DNA from: Cyanophora paradoxa CCMP329
Taxonomy: Eukaryota > Plantae > Glaucophyta
Length of the DNA stretch: 64,000 nt
Assembly: GCA_004431415.1 (NCBI GenBank)
Contig: QPMI01000412.1
Location: 1-64,000, forward strand
Direction of reading: 5' to 3'
Part shown: one piece after another, positions 1 to 10,254 of the stretch
How the letters are laid out: every line of letters starts with the position of its first letter
Position numbering within the stretch: the stretch's first letter is position 1
Program-made: the position numbers and the translations under genes
The notes under the pieces: generated by a model
The model's input: the letters and a program-made list of their open reading frames with translations, nothing else
Database searches by the model: none
What the model was told of the DNA's origin: nothing

Positions 1-704
1 TCTTTCTGTGGAGGTGGTAATTCGTCCTCTTTCTTTTTGGGCTTCCTGTGGAACCGAGGAAATGCGAAATCTTTGACCAGATCCGCTTTATCAACATAAT
101 AGTTCACCGAATAATTTGCAGAAGACCACACAATATATTGGTAAGAGTGCACATACTCCTCAAACATCTTATAGAAATCGTCCTTGTTTCGCATGATATT
201 ATATTCCTCTTCAATGGCTTCGAGTTCTTTGCGATTGCAGCACTCAGGAACACAGCATAATCCGAATTTACTCGAATTGTTGAAGAAATCCTCAGCTTCT
301 GTGTGATGCAGATAATCGAGATTTTCGAATGGCGACCTCTGGAATAAAGAGTCCCACGATTTTGTCTCGGGTCAAATCAATGATTTCGTTGTCTATTAAA
401 TCATCTAAGACCACACACAGGTGATTGACAGGTTCCCTTTTTCGATTTTCTCCTGCCTTTCATCCAGTAATTTGGAAATGTAAGCAGCATCCCATTTCCC
501 GAGTTGCAATGTTGCAACTGCATCCCAGAAATGATTGAAGGACGTCCCACTCACAACAAGAACAGTATCAATCTTTTTCGCATCATGCAGCTGTTTCAAC
601 CAATATTTCACACATTCTGACTTGCCTGTTGCAGACTTTCCTATGAAAAGAGCACGAAATGGTGGGTTATCATCTCAGAGGCACAAACTTTCTAAATCGT
701 TCAT
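1..704 (-). pseudogene. A32/FtsK-family viral genome-packaging ATPase, frameshifted with one in-frame TGA
   Basis: Joining frames gives PPFRALFIGKSATGKSECVKY (Walker A, 618-641), HLCVVLDDLID (Walker B) and YSRGRHSKISIICITQKLRISSTIRVNSDYAVF (GRH, hhhhQ and IRxN motifs typical of A32-like ATPases). Confidence 0.88.
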
Positions 705-2110
705 GGCTTTGTAGATCTTTCTTATTAAAGATAGATAAAAATAACGAAACGTTACTGATAATGGTTTTACAGATTAATGCGACAACCATCTTGTCAACAA
801 TAATGAAACTGTGCATGAGAGCACGAACATTAACTGTGATTGTCTGGTCAGAAGGCATGTATAGAGTGAGGAAAGAGGAGGAGGAGTTCGTGAGATCAAC
901 ATAGCCAGACTGGGCAATGTTGCGAATCGCTTTCTCTCCATCAACACAGAATGGTAGACCACTGAGGACATATTTGTCTGCAACCTTGTCCATTTGAGCA
1001 CTTGAAGGCATCCGCAATTAATTCGGCACCTTTGAGGAGAGGGATGGGCTCAGTAGCATAGAGACGTTGACCATTAATTTCAACAGTGAAAGTAATGTCT
1101 TTTGAGTTAGCATGCGTTTTAGACACTGTGGGAACCATTGAAACCATCAATACCTGCGGCATCACGAACTGAAACAAGAAGACCATAGACAAGACCAGAG
1201 ATCTGTGACAGGTTAATACGATTTGGTTGAGCATTGCCTTTTGCAGCAAATTGACACTGTCAACAAAACCAATATCCAGAGCAGGAATAGCCATACCAGT
1301 GGTCTTCACCTTCTCAATGACAGTAGCAAACAGTTCATCAGAAACATTAATAGCATGCATGTAAAGACGAGGAGAAGTGACTTTAATTTCGGGGTTGTTC
1401 CAGAATTGAAAAGTGGTGATTGTTGACCAACATGGGCAAGAGTAGCATTAGCAGTAGCACCAAGTCCATCATCCTCTGTCTTATCAGCAGCTGTTCCACC
1501 AACAACTGGAAGAGCACGACCACCATAAGAAGTCTCAACATAACCCTTTCCAGCATCCTTGAACCAGACAGTTACCACCATTTCTCCTGAGAGAGCACCA
1601 AGAGGTAGGTAGTGGTTTAGCCATGGGACTGGGATTTCACAAAAATGACCCACCAAGTCGGTTGGTTCCATGGGCAGGGATACCATGAACCATCCCATTG
1701 AACGCTTCTTCTTGGCGAGTTGATCCTCACTGTAATAGATAAGAGGGAAATGAGCAAGGAAATCAGAAGGCACTGAAAGTGTAAGATCCATAGGTGATTT
1801 CAAGTCGAGAGACAGAGCACCAACGGCGAACGTATCCATTGCGAACAAGGTCGGTATCACCAGCAAAAGTGACAGCTGGAAGGTCAAACGCAAGTTCGAG
1901 TTTTTCCACAGAAATTGTAGCGAGGGAGCTTGAAAGAAATCGATTTTCCAGCATTATTCTCGAAAGTGTGCTTGGGTCACAACAACAAGAACTGGCTTCG
2001 ACTGATCAAGACCAAGCATGAGAGAGTTGTCCAGGAAGAACGCCTTGGCTTCTTCCGGGGTTGTTTAGAGCTTCTTTCAGAGAAAGACGTGAGGTCGAAG
2101 TAATATCCAT
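670..2110 (-). pseudogene. Double-jelly-roll major capsid protein, NCLDV-type, frameshifted (~460 aa reconstructed)
   Basis: Consecutive ORF pieces give KLELAFDLPAV...RLEITYGSY...PSDFLAHF, FCEIPVPWLNHYLPLGALSGEMVVTVWF, VEINGQRLY and LPFCVDGE...QSGYVDLTNSSSSFLTL...VNVRALMHSFIIVDK. These follow the order of NCLDV MCP motifs (LxVxLP, IPLPFW..LPLxAL, LNGxDRF, YSFAL..QPSGxxNFS, VYAxNYNxLxI). Confidence 0.75.
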
Positions 2111-2239
2111 GATTATCTCTTTTATTATACTGCAACATAAAAATTCACCAATGATCCTTGATTTTACGCAAAACTCGCAATTACAGGATAAGATGGATGG
2201 GTTTCCGCCATCCTCCTCTTGAAATATTCATACACAGGA

Positions 2240-3152
2240 TCACCAGCAGGTTCTCACCATATCGAATTCGAAGGTGAGGTGCACAGGTTGACCTTCGAAA
2301 TCAATTGGTTCATTAATTGCATTCACAATGTCAACCGAAAATGTGGAGAGCCCAGATTCTTGTTATAGTATTTATAATCGGATGGGCTTCTGTTGAATTA
2401 TAAACGACATGCTCACCATAATCTTTATCAGGAACACGATTTTGGGAAATATCCAGTGAGGAGACCATCACCACATTGCACAAGATCACCCAGCTCTTTT
2501 ACTCTCACAAATAGGACACTATCCCTGGTCTTCTCGGGTTCAAATGAAGATATATACCATGCACCATCGACCCAGTGAAGATACCATCAGTAAGAGTATT
2601 ATAAACCTGAGATTGGATTGGTGTGTTACCATATCTTCCAGGATCAAGACAAGCAGTCGAGCAGAACTCAAAACTCTGAATCTGTGCCTGGGTTGGGTTA
2701 TTGCGGTTGAGAAAGCCAGGTAAACGGTATGGTTGAATGGAATATAACTCGTTTCAGTGTATCATCCATTTGCAACGAATAGCTACTGCTGGTCTCTCAA
2801 TGCAAGTTTGGAGTTATTACATTCACAGTTGTTGGTGGTTTGAATGGGTGTGCTGCGACTTATCACAATGTGTTCCATGATTCATAATCAGCAGCAGGTC
2901 GATCAGTTGGAATACCAGTGCTTCCTGCACCAGAAAGATATTCAGACCAATAAGGTAGATGCATTATCAATTGTCACATCTCCTACTTTGGTTCACCACT
3001 CACCATGGGAATCTGTTATAGAATTCTGCTGAGACCAGTCTCACTGCTCTTACAAATTCATATGTGCTGGGGAGGCGAGCAATAAAACTCGAAGTAGGTC
3101 CATCTCCCGAAATTGTATTGAAAGAGCTCACTTCAATGTAATCCACAGGCAT
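2240..3152 (-). pseudogene. Minor capsid (penton)-like protein 1, frameshifted
   Basis: N-terminus MPVDYIEVSSFNTISGDGPTSSFIARLPSTYEFVRAVRLVSAEF and C-terminus LSTFSVDIVNAINEPIDFEGQPVHLTFEF match the single-jelly-roll penton patterns (..LP..Y.NV..IxLxSAEI; I.L.D..G..hDFxG...hTLEF). Confidence 0.72.
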
Positions 3153-3179
3153 CTTCTTTTATCTATAAACATATATTAA

Positions 3180-3991
3180 ATGATTCGGCTGGTCAATATA
3201 GATAGCAGAGACCGATCAGATGGACAAATAGAAACTCCTACAAAGTTTCACTCACAACCCCAGTGACCAAACCAAGAGAATGTCGAGTTTTGTATGCAGA
3301 GATCCCCAACAGCATCTATAACTCCATTGGAACAGACCACCTTCTTGTCAGATTCTACTACCAAGGCATCTCTGAAACCAGCAGGTCTTCCTTCTCCAAG
3401 TGGTTACATAAATCAAGGTCATTTCGGGTCACCACTCCATATAATTATGGTCTGAATTTCACATTTACTGGGAGCAACAATCTCACATATGCATTCAAGG
3501 TCTACTACAACCTACCTCCTACAAATTGGAGTTTACAGTAATGTTCAATTCGATATGGTTGCATCTACACAGAGATTGGGTAACTTCTTGGTGGAGTTCA
3601 GTGGAGTGGGTGGCTTCCACTGAACAGATTTACGATTTCCCAGAGTCTGCAAGGTCTTTATATGCCCCGAGAATTTCTTTATTTTTCAGGAATACCAATC
3701 ACCCCAAACCATCCCCAATGGGGAATCACATTCACAGGATATGAATTCGAGGCATCTCGCTTAAACTACAAGTTAGAAGCATCCAGATGACAGATATGAA
3801 TGCAGAACAGTATTTATACATGCACATTAAAGAACTCTCCCCATTTGCTACAAACCACAATATTGTCCCAAGATCACAACCACAGAATCAAGGCGATTCT
3901 CAGATTGCAGTTAAGTAAAGATATTGGGCAGTATGTTTATCACAGTGGAGAGCACAGTGAATACATAAAAATAACGATCGAAACCTTGTGA
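3180..3991 (+). pseudogene. Minor capsid (penton)-like protein 2, frameshifted
   Basis: Starts MIRLVNIDSRDRSDG and after a frameshift continues TTPVTKPRECRVLYAEIPNSIYN. The IDSRDR...AEIPN signature is typical of penton-like proteins of PLVs and NCLDVs. Confidence 0.72.
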
Positions 3992-3999
3992 TTAGAGAG

Positions 4000-4379
4000 T
4001 TAACAGTTGAGTTTCGCGATTATTATGGTGATCTTGTAGATATGATGGAATTGACAATCATTCCAGTTAGAGTTCTTGGCTATTGGTAATGATTTAAACG
4101 ATCCTGATAGAAGAACTCCCCATCTGTTCGAAAATATTAAGAATGGACTCTTTCGATCTTCTGTATACCATCGGCGAATTGTCTTATCCCATTTAGCACC
4201 ATTCTTTTTCAAGAATCTACAAAGAGTTGATCTCCTTGTAATTCGCAATCCCATCTCTTGAAAGATCTCATAATGATCTTGTATTCTTTCACAATCAAGA
4301 TGTAAGTCCCATGGAAATTGTGATATTGCTGGTTAATCGGCATGTTTCCTTTACAGCATGATGGGAAATCGTTTGTCAT
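4000..4379 (-). pseudogene. Small viral protein with a DUF5710-like motif, frameshifted
   Basis: FLKKNGAKWDKTIRRWY resembles the AKxxGAxWDxxxKxWY core of DUF5710. Confidence 0.5.
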
Positions 4380-4509
4380 TTTTGGCGAAACGAGAGTATC
4401 TCATGAGATAGATGAGAGAATAACAGGTGTGTTTTCAGGTTGGAGAAATCGGAGAAACATAGAGTATTGCGATTTCCGAGTTAGTTGACACTGAGAAATT
4501 CAGAATTTC

Positions 4510-4980
4510 AGATGGTCTTACTGAAAATGGTCAGATAATCGGGTGTGACACCTATTTAATTGACTGTGACGCCTCTTTAATTGACTGTGACGCTGTGACG
4601 CTGTGACGCCTACTTTCAAACTTTTTAAAATTTTCAAAAATGACAGACTTCTTAAAACAGCCGTCACAGCCGTCACAGGCGTCACACCCAATTAAAAATG
4701 GAATCTCTTTCTCTTACTGAGATATTCAAAAATATATTCTTGTCTTACTGAAATCCGTCTTGTGACACCTCTGACACCTACAAAACACTATCCATTAATC
4801 CACCTTTCCGAAAATGCGAAGTTGTCTTACTGGAAATGGTCTGCAATTTCGCTGTGACACCTAATTTAATTGAGTGTGACGCCTGTGACGCCTGTGACAC
4901 CTACTTTCAAACTTTTTAAAATTTTCAAAAATGACAGACTTCTGAAAACAGGCGTCACAGCCGTCACAGGCGTAACAGAC
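4510..4980. repeat. Two ~170-bp direct repeats, each with convergent TGTGAC/GTCACA arrays around an AT-rich core
   Basis: 4510-4688 and 4822-4980 share (ctgtgacgc)n-ctactttcaaactttttaaaattttcaaaaatgacagacttct-(gtcacag)n. The motif tcttactg recurs six times between 4516 and 5030. Confidence 0.9.
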
Positions 4981-5090
4981 ATTCCACCCCTCTTACTGAC
5001 TTTCTCAAAAACAAAACTATCTCTTACTGAATATCATTTGAATACTACCTGTCACACTTGATCTCAATTATTCTGTTTTATAGAACATAT

Positions 5091-5336
5091 GCAATCTCAT
5101 CGATTGTTTAATTGGACATAATGCAACTCAGTGACAGTTTTTCGATGCAAAAATGTTCATCAGCAATCTCATCGATTGTTTAATTGGACATGATGCAGTT
5201 CCGATATATTCCAATAGAAAATCGCGCAATCTTCTCAATTGTTTAATTGGACATAATGCAACTCTGTGACACTTTTTCGGTGCAAAAATGTAAATCCGCA
5301 ATCCCATCGATTGTTTAATTGGACATAATGCAACTC
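5091..5336. repeat. Four copies of a ~39-bp subterminal repeat (GCAATCTCATCGATTGTTTAATTGGACATAATGCAACTC)
   Basis: Copies start at 5091, 5163, 5226 and 5298. Spacers 1 and 3 resemble each other, giving a dimeric period of ~135 bp. Confidence 0.9.
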
Positions 5337-5668
5337 TGTGACAGTTTTTGCGTTTTCCGATACAAAATGGGCGGTGGTCTACTTCAATACCGATGAGATA
5401 TATCGAGTTTATGCGAATTTATGCGAATTTATGCGAATTAATCGCGATTATATCGTTCTTTAAGTAGTTTAATGTTAATCAATCGAAGTTATATATGTAA
5501 TCGACAAAGAACATAATCTATCGATATAATATCGATTGAATCAATCGTGAATATGCATTAAATTAAACGCGTTTATCATTTTAATACAAAGTTTGCATTA
5601 ATTTATACAAAGTTTGCATAAAAAGTTAAAGAAATTAATCGATAAATATGTATTTTTGTATTAAATTA

Positions 5669-5763
5669 ACACATATTGAAAAACGAATTTAAATCCAGAG
5701 TGAATCGAGATCGCGAAGCGATCGAGATGAACGAGGGATTTAAATTCGTTTTTCAATATGTGT
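5669..5763 (+). other. 95-nt terminal hairpin at the virus/host junction
   Basis: Perfect 28-bp inverted repeat (5669-5696 / 5736-5763) enclosing a symmetric 39-nt core a-GA-gt-GA-atc-GA-gatcgc-GAA-gcgatc-GA-gat-GA-ac-GA-g. Confidence 0.92.
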
Positions 5764-6015
5764 CGGCAGCGCCTGGGCGACGGGGGCCCGAGGTGGGGCG
5801 GCCGCAGGAGGGGCTCTTCGGAGGCCGGCCCGGGGGCCTGGACGGTGCGGGCCTTCGCGCTCCGCATTGCTGGCGGCGAGAGGCCACGGGCACGATTGCA
5901 AGGGGGGAGGGCGCTGTGCATCTCGTGCGGGGGGTACGGCAGCGCCTGGGCGACAGGGCCCGAGGTGGGGCGGGAGGCCTAGGGGCTCTTTGGAGGCCGG
6001 CCTGGAGGCCTGGAG
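5764..6015. repeat. Imperfect GC-rich direct repeat (~75 bp, period 173) flanking the viral end
   Basis: cggcagcgcctgggcgac..gggcccgaggtggggcgg..ggggctctt.ggaggccggcc occurs at 5764 and again at 5937. Confidence 0.75.
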
Positions 6016-7747
6016 GCCTGCAGCTGGAGCCTGGCGGGAGGCCCATCCTCCGAGGCTCCATCTCCCCCCGCTCACGGGAATAGAGTAAACTTTTACTTCT
6101 TGAGTACTTATTCACAAAGAGGGGCGGAGGGAGACCAATAGACGGGCGAGGGGGTGGGGGGGGTGGGGAAGGGGGGAGGAGAAGGGGGAAGAGCCAACAA
6201 ACCGCCACCGCCGCCAAGGGAGCGCGTGAGCGCCGCCCGCCCCTTGCCTGCCCGCCGGCTCCGCGCCGGGGCCCTCCCCAGGGAGGCCCGCGGGGCCCGC
6301 TCGCTAGGGCCGACCCCGCCGCCCGCCCGGCGCGCGGCGCACCTGCGGCGGGCCCCTCGATCGCCGCCGGCCGCCCCCGCCAGCGTCGCCGCGCCGTCCC
6401 GCACCTGCCGCGTGAGGAGCGCGCGAGCTCCGCCCCGCCTCTCGCCCGCCGCCGGCCCCGCGCCGGGGCCCTCCCAGGGAGGGCCCGCGGGGGCCCGCCC
6501 CCTGCTGGTGGCGCGGCGGCGCGCGTCGGAAATCCAGGCGCCGGCCGCGCTGCACGGTCAGCGGGGCGCGGTTTAGAGCGGGCGGGCGGGTTTAGAGCGG
6601 GCTGCGCTGGCTTGAGTTATGATCGGGCGCGCCCGCTTCGGCCCACGGGGCCCGCGCCCTAGGGCCGGCCCGGCCGCCGCCTGGCGCGCGGCGCACCTGC
6701 GGCGGGCCCCCCAATCGCAGCCGGCCGTCGTCGCCAGCGCCGCCGCGACGCCGCGCAGCTGCTTCGCGGGAGTCTACAATCAGGCACGCCCCCTGCGATC
6801 GGCTGGACCGCGGTGCGGCGCGCGGCAGCGTCCGGGGCTGCACGGGGCGGTCAGCGGGGCGCGGCGCAGAAGAGGGCTCGGGGGACGATGAACGTGGATT
6901 TGAAGAGTGCGCAGAGCATTGATGTGGTACGCGGTCGGGCGCGCGTCGTGCGGCGCTGGCTGCAGCGGGGCGAGCGGAGTCGCGAGTGTCAGCGAAGGAG
7001 CTCGAGACGACGGCGCGCGCGGCGCGGGGAGTGCGCGCGGGGGAGGACGAAGCGTACCGCGGTGAGAAAGTACTACGCCGAGTGCGTGTGCGAGAGGGCG
7101 AGGCTGTAGGCGGACGGGCCGGGGCGCGGGCCGGGACGCTGCAGCTGGCGCTCGCGGGGCCCCGCGCCTGAGAAGAAGACGAGCCGCGCGGGCTTTCGAG
7201 GACTTCGAACGTGCGTTTCAGGCTGCATAGAGACCGGAGAGCGCGTGCGGCGTGCGATCGCGCGGGATACGCTGCGAGCCGGGCCGCCTGGCCGCTGGCG
7301 GCACCGGATTCCCGGAAATCTCCTGCCGAAATTCCCGGACCTGGGCCGACCTGCTGCCCCCCCCCCTCCCCCCCTCCCCCCCCCTGGGCCCGTGCCTGCT
7401 CGACCTAGGCCGACCTGACCTAGGCACACCCCGGCGGCGGTTATTAGTATTTTACTGCCTATGTTAAGTTATCTGGTAATTTTGAAATCTTTTTAGGTTC
7501 TTTTTCAAACAAATATTAGCGCTGCTGCGCATGACGCCATTGATGTTTCCTTGAGTTTTTAGTACTGCAGCCCGAGTCAAAACGGGCCATATTTAATTTG
7601 GCACTGACGAAAACCTCGAGTCTCGATGTTCTCCGTTGCGCATTCCGTGCGGACCGTGCCTTCTCCTGATGAGCCCGTACAGACATATATATACTATGAT
7701 AATGTAAGTTTAACTTAAGTGCTGCTCACTCATTTATTACATATATC

Positions 7748-7882
7748 TTTTGAGAGACTACGGTGCGGGGACGCCGGCGCGCGCCGGCGATCGCGAGCCT
7801 CGGAGGCTGCCGGAGCCCCTTTAAATTTAATTTGTTTTGTGGAGCGAGCCCCCCGTAGCCTGGGCCGTAGGTAGAAATATTC
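7748..7882 (-). mobile_element. Short 3' end of the LINE-like family, with ~75 bp inserted into its hairpin
   Basis: ttttgagagactacggtg...gcgagccccccgtag...gtaggtagaaatatt matches the termini seen at 12833 and 58790. Confidence 0.6.
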
Positions 7883-10254
7883 TGTCTCTAGAGTCTAGAT
7901 TATAGACTAGATCTGCTCGGTACCGGTCTAGCTGGTTCGCTTATCGTCTCTTCTCGATTTGTCTCTGTGTCTTTCCTTTTTTATTGTCGATTCTGGCTTT
8001 TTTTTGTCTCAGAGTCTTGTCTTTCCTCGTGCTCTCGTCTTAGTTATTTTGCTTTTTGTGTCCCTCTGCCCCCGGCCCTGGCCATGGGCAGCCCCCGCAG
8101 TGCTGGCGTCTATAGAGACTGTGGCCGGTAATTCATCAAAACAAAAGGTAGAAATATTAAAGGATATGTCACAGTGTTTGTGGACGTCGCATTGCAATTG
8201 GTACACCACGGCACATGTACCAATGTTCTACTTGACGTGCCCTTCCGACCGATCAGCTAGCTAGCCGAAGATGCTAGCTAGGTGCCGGCCATGGGTCGCT
8301 CAATATGGGAGGTTCGCCTGAGTGGGGGAGACATGGTTTTCGCAGATATCGATAGCCGTAAACTTTGAAACCATGCATATGTCTCCCCCACTCAGGCCAA
8401 CCCTTGCGCACCCTTCCCTCCCCCACCGCCCGACCCCGCCCGCCTCGAGCCCGCCTTTTAAAGGGCAAGCTTAAGACGCGACCCCCCCTCTCCCCTCCCC
8501 CATGGCCACATGCACGTTAAGCCCTTCCCCCCCTTCCTCACCCCCTCCCCTCCTCCCCCCTCCCCCCCCCCCCCCCCCCGCCCCGGTCCCTCTCTGCACG
8601 TTCTCCATATGCATCAATTTCCTCAACCGACCCCACCCCCATCCCCCACCGGTACCCCCATCTCCCCACCACCCCATCCTCCGGCCTCGAGCTCCTTTAA
8701 AACTTTCCGAAGGCGCCTTTACTAGTTAATTTGTGGAACATGAAAAGCGACCCCGGACCGCCCCCGGCGGCCCCTGGCCATGGCCTGTGTGCATGCCGTG
8801 CCCCTGACGCCGACCGTTGAACGGCGCGGCGCGGCTCGGCTCCGATCGCGAGGGTTCTAGATCTCCGACCCGATTTTCGAGCTCCAATTGACGACCGAGC
8901 CCGTGGACCGCGGGCCCAATCGGTCGTACGAATAAGAGTACCGTAGTCGCCCAATCGGTCTATGATACCGTAGTAACGAGTACTCATTCATAAAAAGGTC
9001 AATTCGTAACAATGATGGCCCAGTGGACTTAAGGTTCTATTTTCTTTTTGCAATTGCAATCGACTCGGCGATCTCGATTGCAAAGTTGCATATGCGCATG
9101 CATGCGCAATTAATATCGGACTCGATGCTGTGTACACGTATACGTACATGTTAACGTTGGATAATCTTCGGAATGAAGATGCATATATATGAACTTTCGG
9201 AAGCGTCAATGTCGATATCGAAGCTGAAGGCCTTCCCCGAAGCCCAAGGCCGATATCGATATCGATATGAGAAGATTTGCATTAGCACACAACAACAGCT
9301 ACTAGCCATAGGGGTTTCGGAATTCACATTGCCCAACATAAACCTCTCCGACTGGGTTCTCAGTCTATCCGGCCGCGGGGACCGTCGAGCGCTGCGTTAA
9401 ATCCGATCTACCTTCGTATATCACGGCGATTATAGCCGGAGTTCTATCTAAAGTTGAGGCTACGGCCCGCCTTAAGCTTGCCGTACGACGTCGACCGTCC
9501 GACGGTCTACAGGAGGTGCTCGTTCGCGAAGAAATGGGCGCCCGCCTCGACCTCGATGGCCGCGAGCCCAGCGTCGTCCATCGCGGCGGGGCCATCGGAG
9601 TAAGCGTACGCGTCGGCGTCCGCTGCCTCCTCCTGGTCCGGGGGGGGGGGGGGGGGGTCGGCCTCAGCACTTCGAAGAAGGCCCAGCTTTGGGGGGGAAG
9701 GAGCGGAGCAGGCACCGAGGTGGGGTCGGCGTCGGCGCTGTACTCGTACACGCGCACGACGTTCGCGTCCTCGTCGAGCGCCTTGAGCGTCTGCACACGG
9801 CGCGCGCGCGCGCGATTAGTGATCATAAGTCAGCTTGCAATCCCCGGAACTTCGAATTCAGAAGCATCGATATCATGGCATAGATCGGACCGTATACGTA
9901 TGTAATCTATATATCTATAATCTATCGTACCAGGTCGCCATTCTGAAGCACAGCGATGGTGTTGGCATCGACCAGCCGTGTGATCCTCGGGCTGCATGCG
10001 GGCCGCGCGTATATATCAGTAACTCAAAAACAGAAGAGTACTACAGCTAGATATCATATATGTGCACAGTTGCAGCTTGATCGCGACAGCGCACCAAGAG
10101 TAAGAGAACAAGCCGGCAGCGCTAGAACTGCCCGTGGCTGGCAGACTCGTGAAGGTGCAGGCTGACAGTGGCGAGCCAGAGCCCGGCGGCGAGGTCGGCG
10201 ACCTAATCGGAAGCGACGCTCGCGATCGCTCAGTTATGATCATGTGCGCGCTCG

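Larger units (their letters stand above)
1..5763. mobile_element. Right end of an endogenous small dsDNA virus (Polinton-like/mriyavirus-like, NCLDV-type capsid); continues past the left window edge
   Basis: AT-rich, intronless and gene-dense, with an abrupt switch to very GC-rich DNA at 5764. Contains a clustered virion module (ATPase, MCP, two penton-like genes), subterminal repeats and a terminal hairpin. Confidence 0.88.

Noticed and set aside
1-4379. Alternative genetic code as the explanation for fragmented viral ORFs
   Set aside because: Motifs continue in different reading frames, so the breaks are frameshifts, not reassigned stop codons.
4870-5061. ORF MSVTPVTPVTPTF...
   Set aside because: It is just the translation of the TGTGAC repeat array; no coding evidence.
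5091-5336. CRISPR-like look (39-bp repeats with 24-33-bp spacers)
   Set aside because: Spacers 1 and 3 are homologous, there are no cas genes, and the context is a eukaryotic virus end; it is a tandem repeat.
7520-7690. Possible hammerhead ribozyme or C/D snoRNA (CTGATGA at ~7666)
   Set aside because: No stem II plus GAAA core and no convincing box pairing could be built.
9365-9826. Coding-like fragment (LKALDEDANVVRVYEYSAD)
   Set aside because: No recognisable family, start or complete exon chain; at most a gene remnant.
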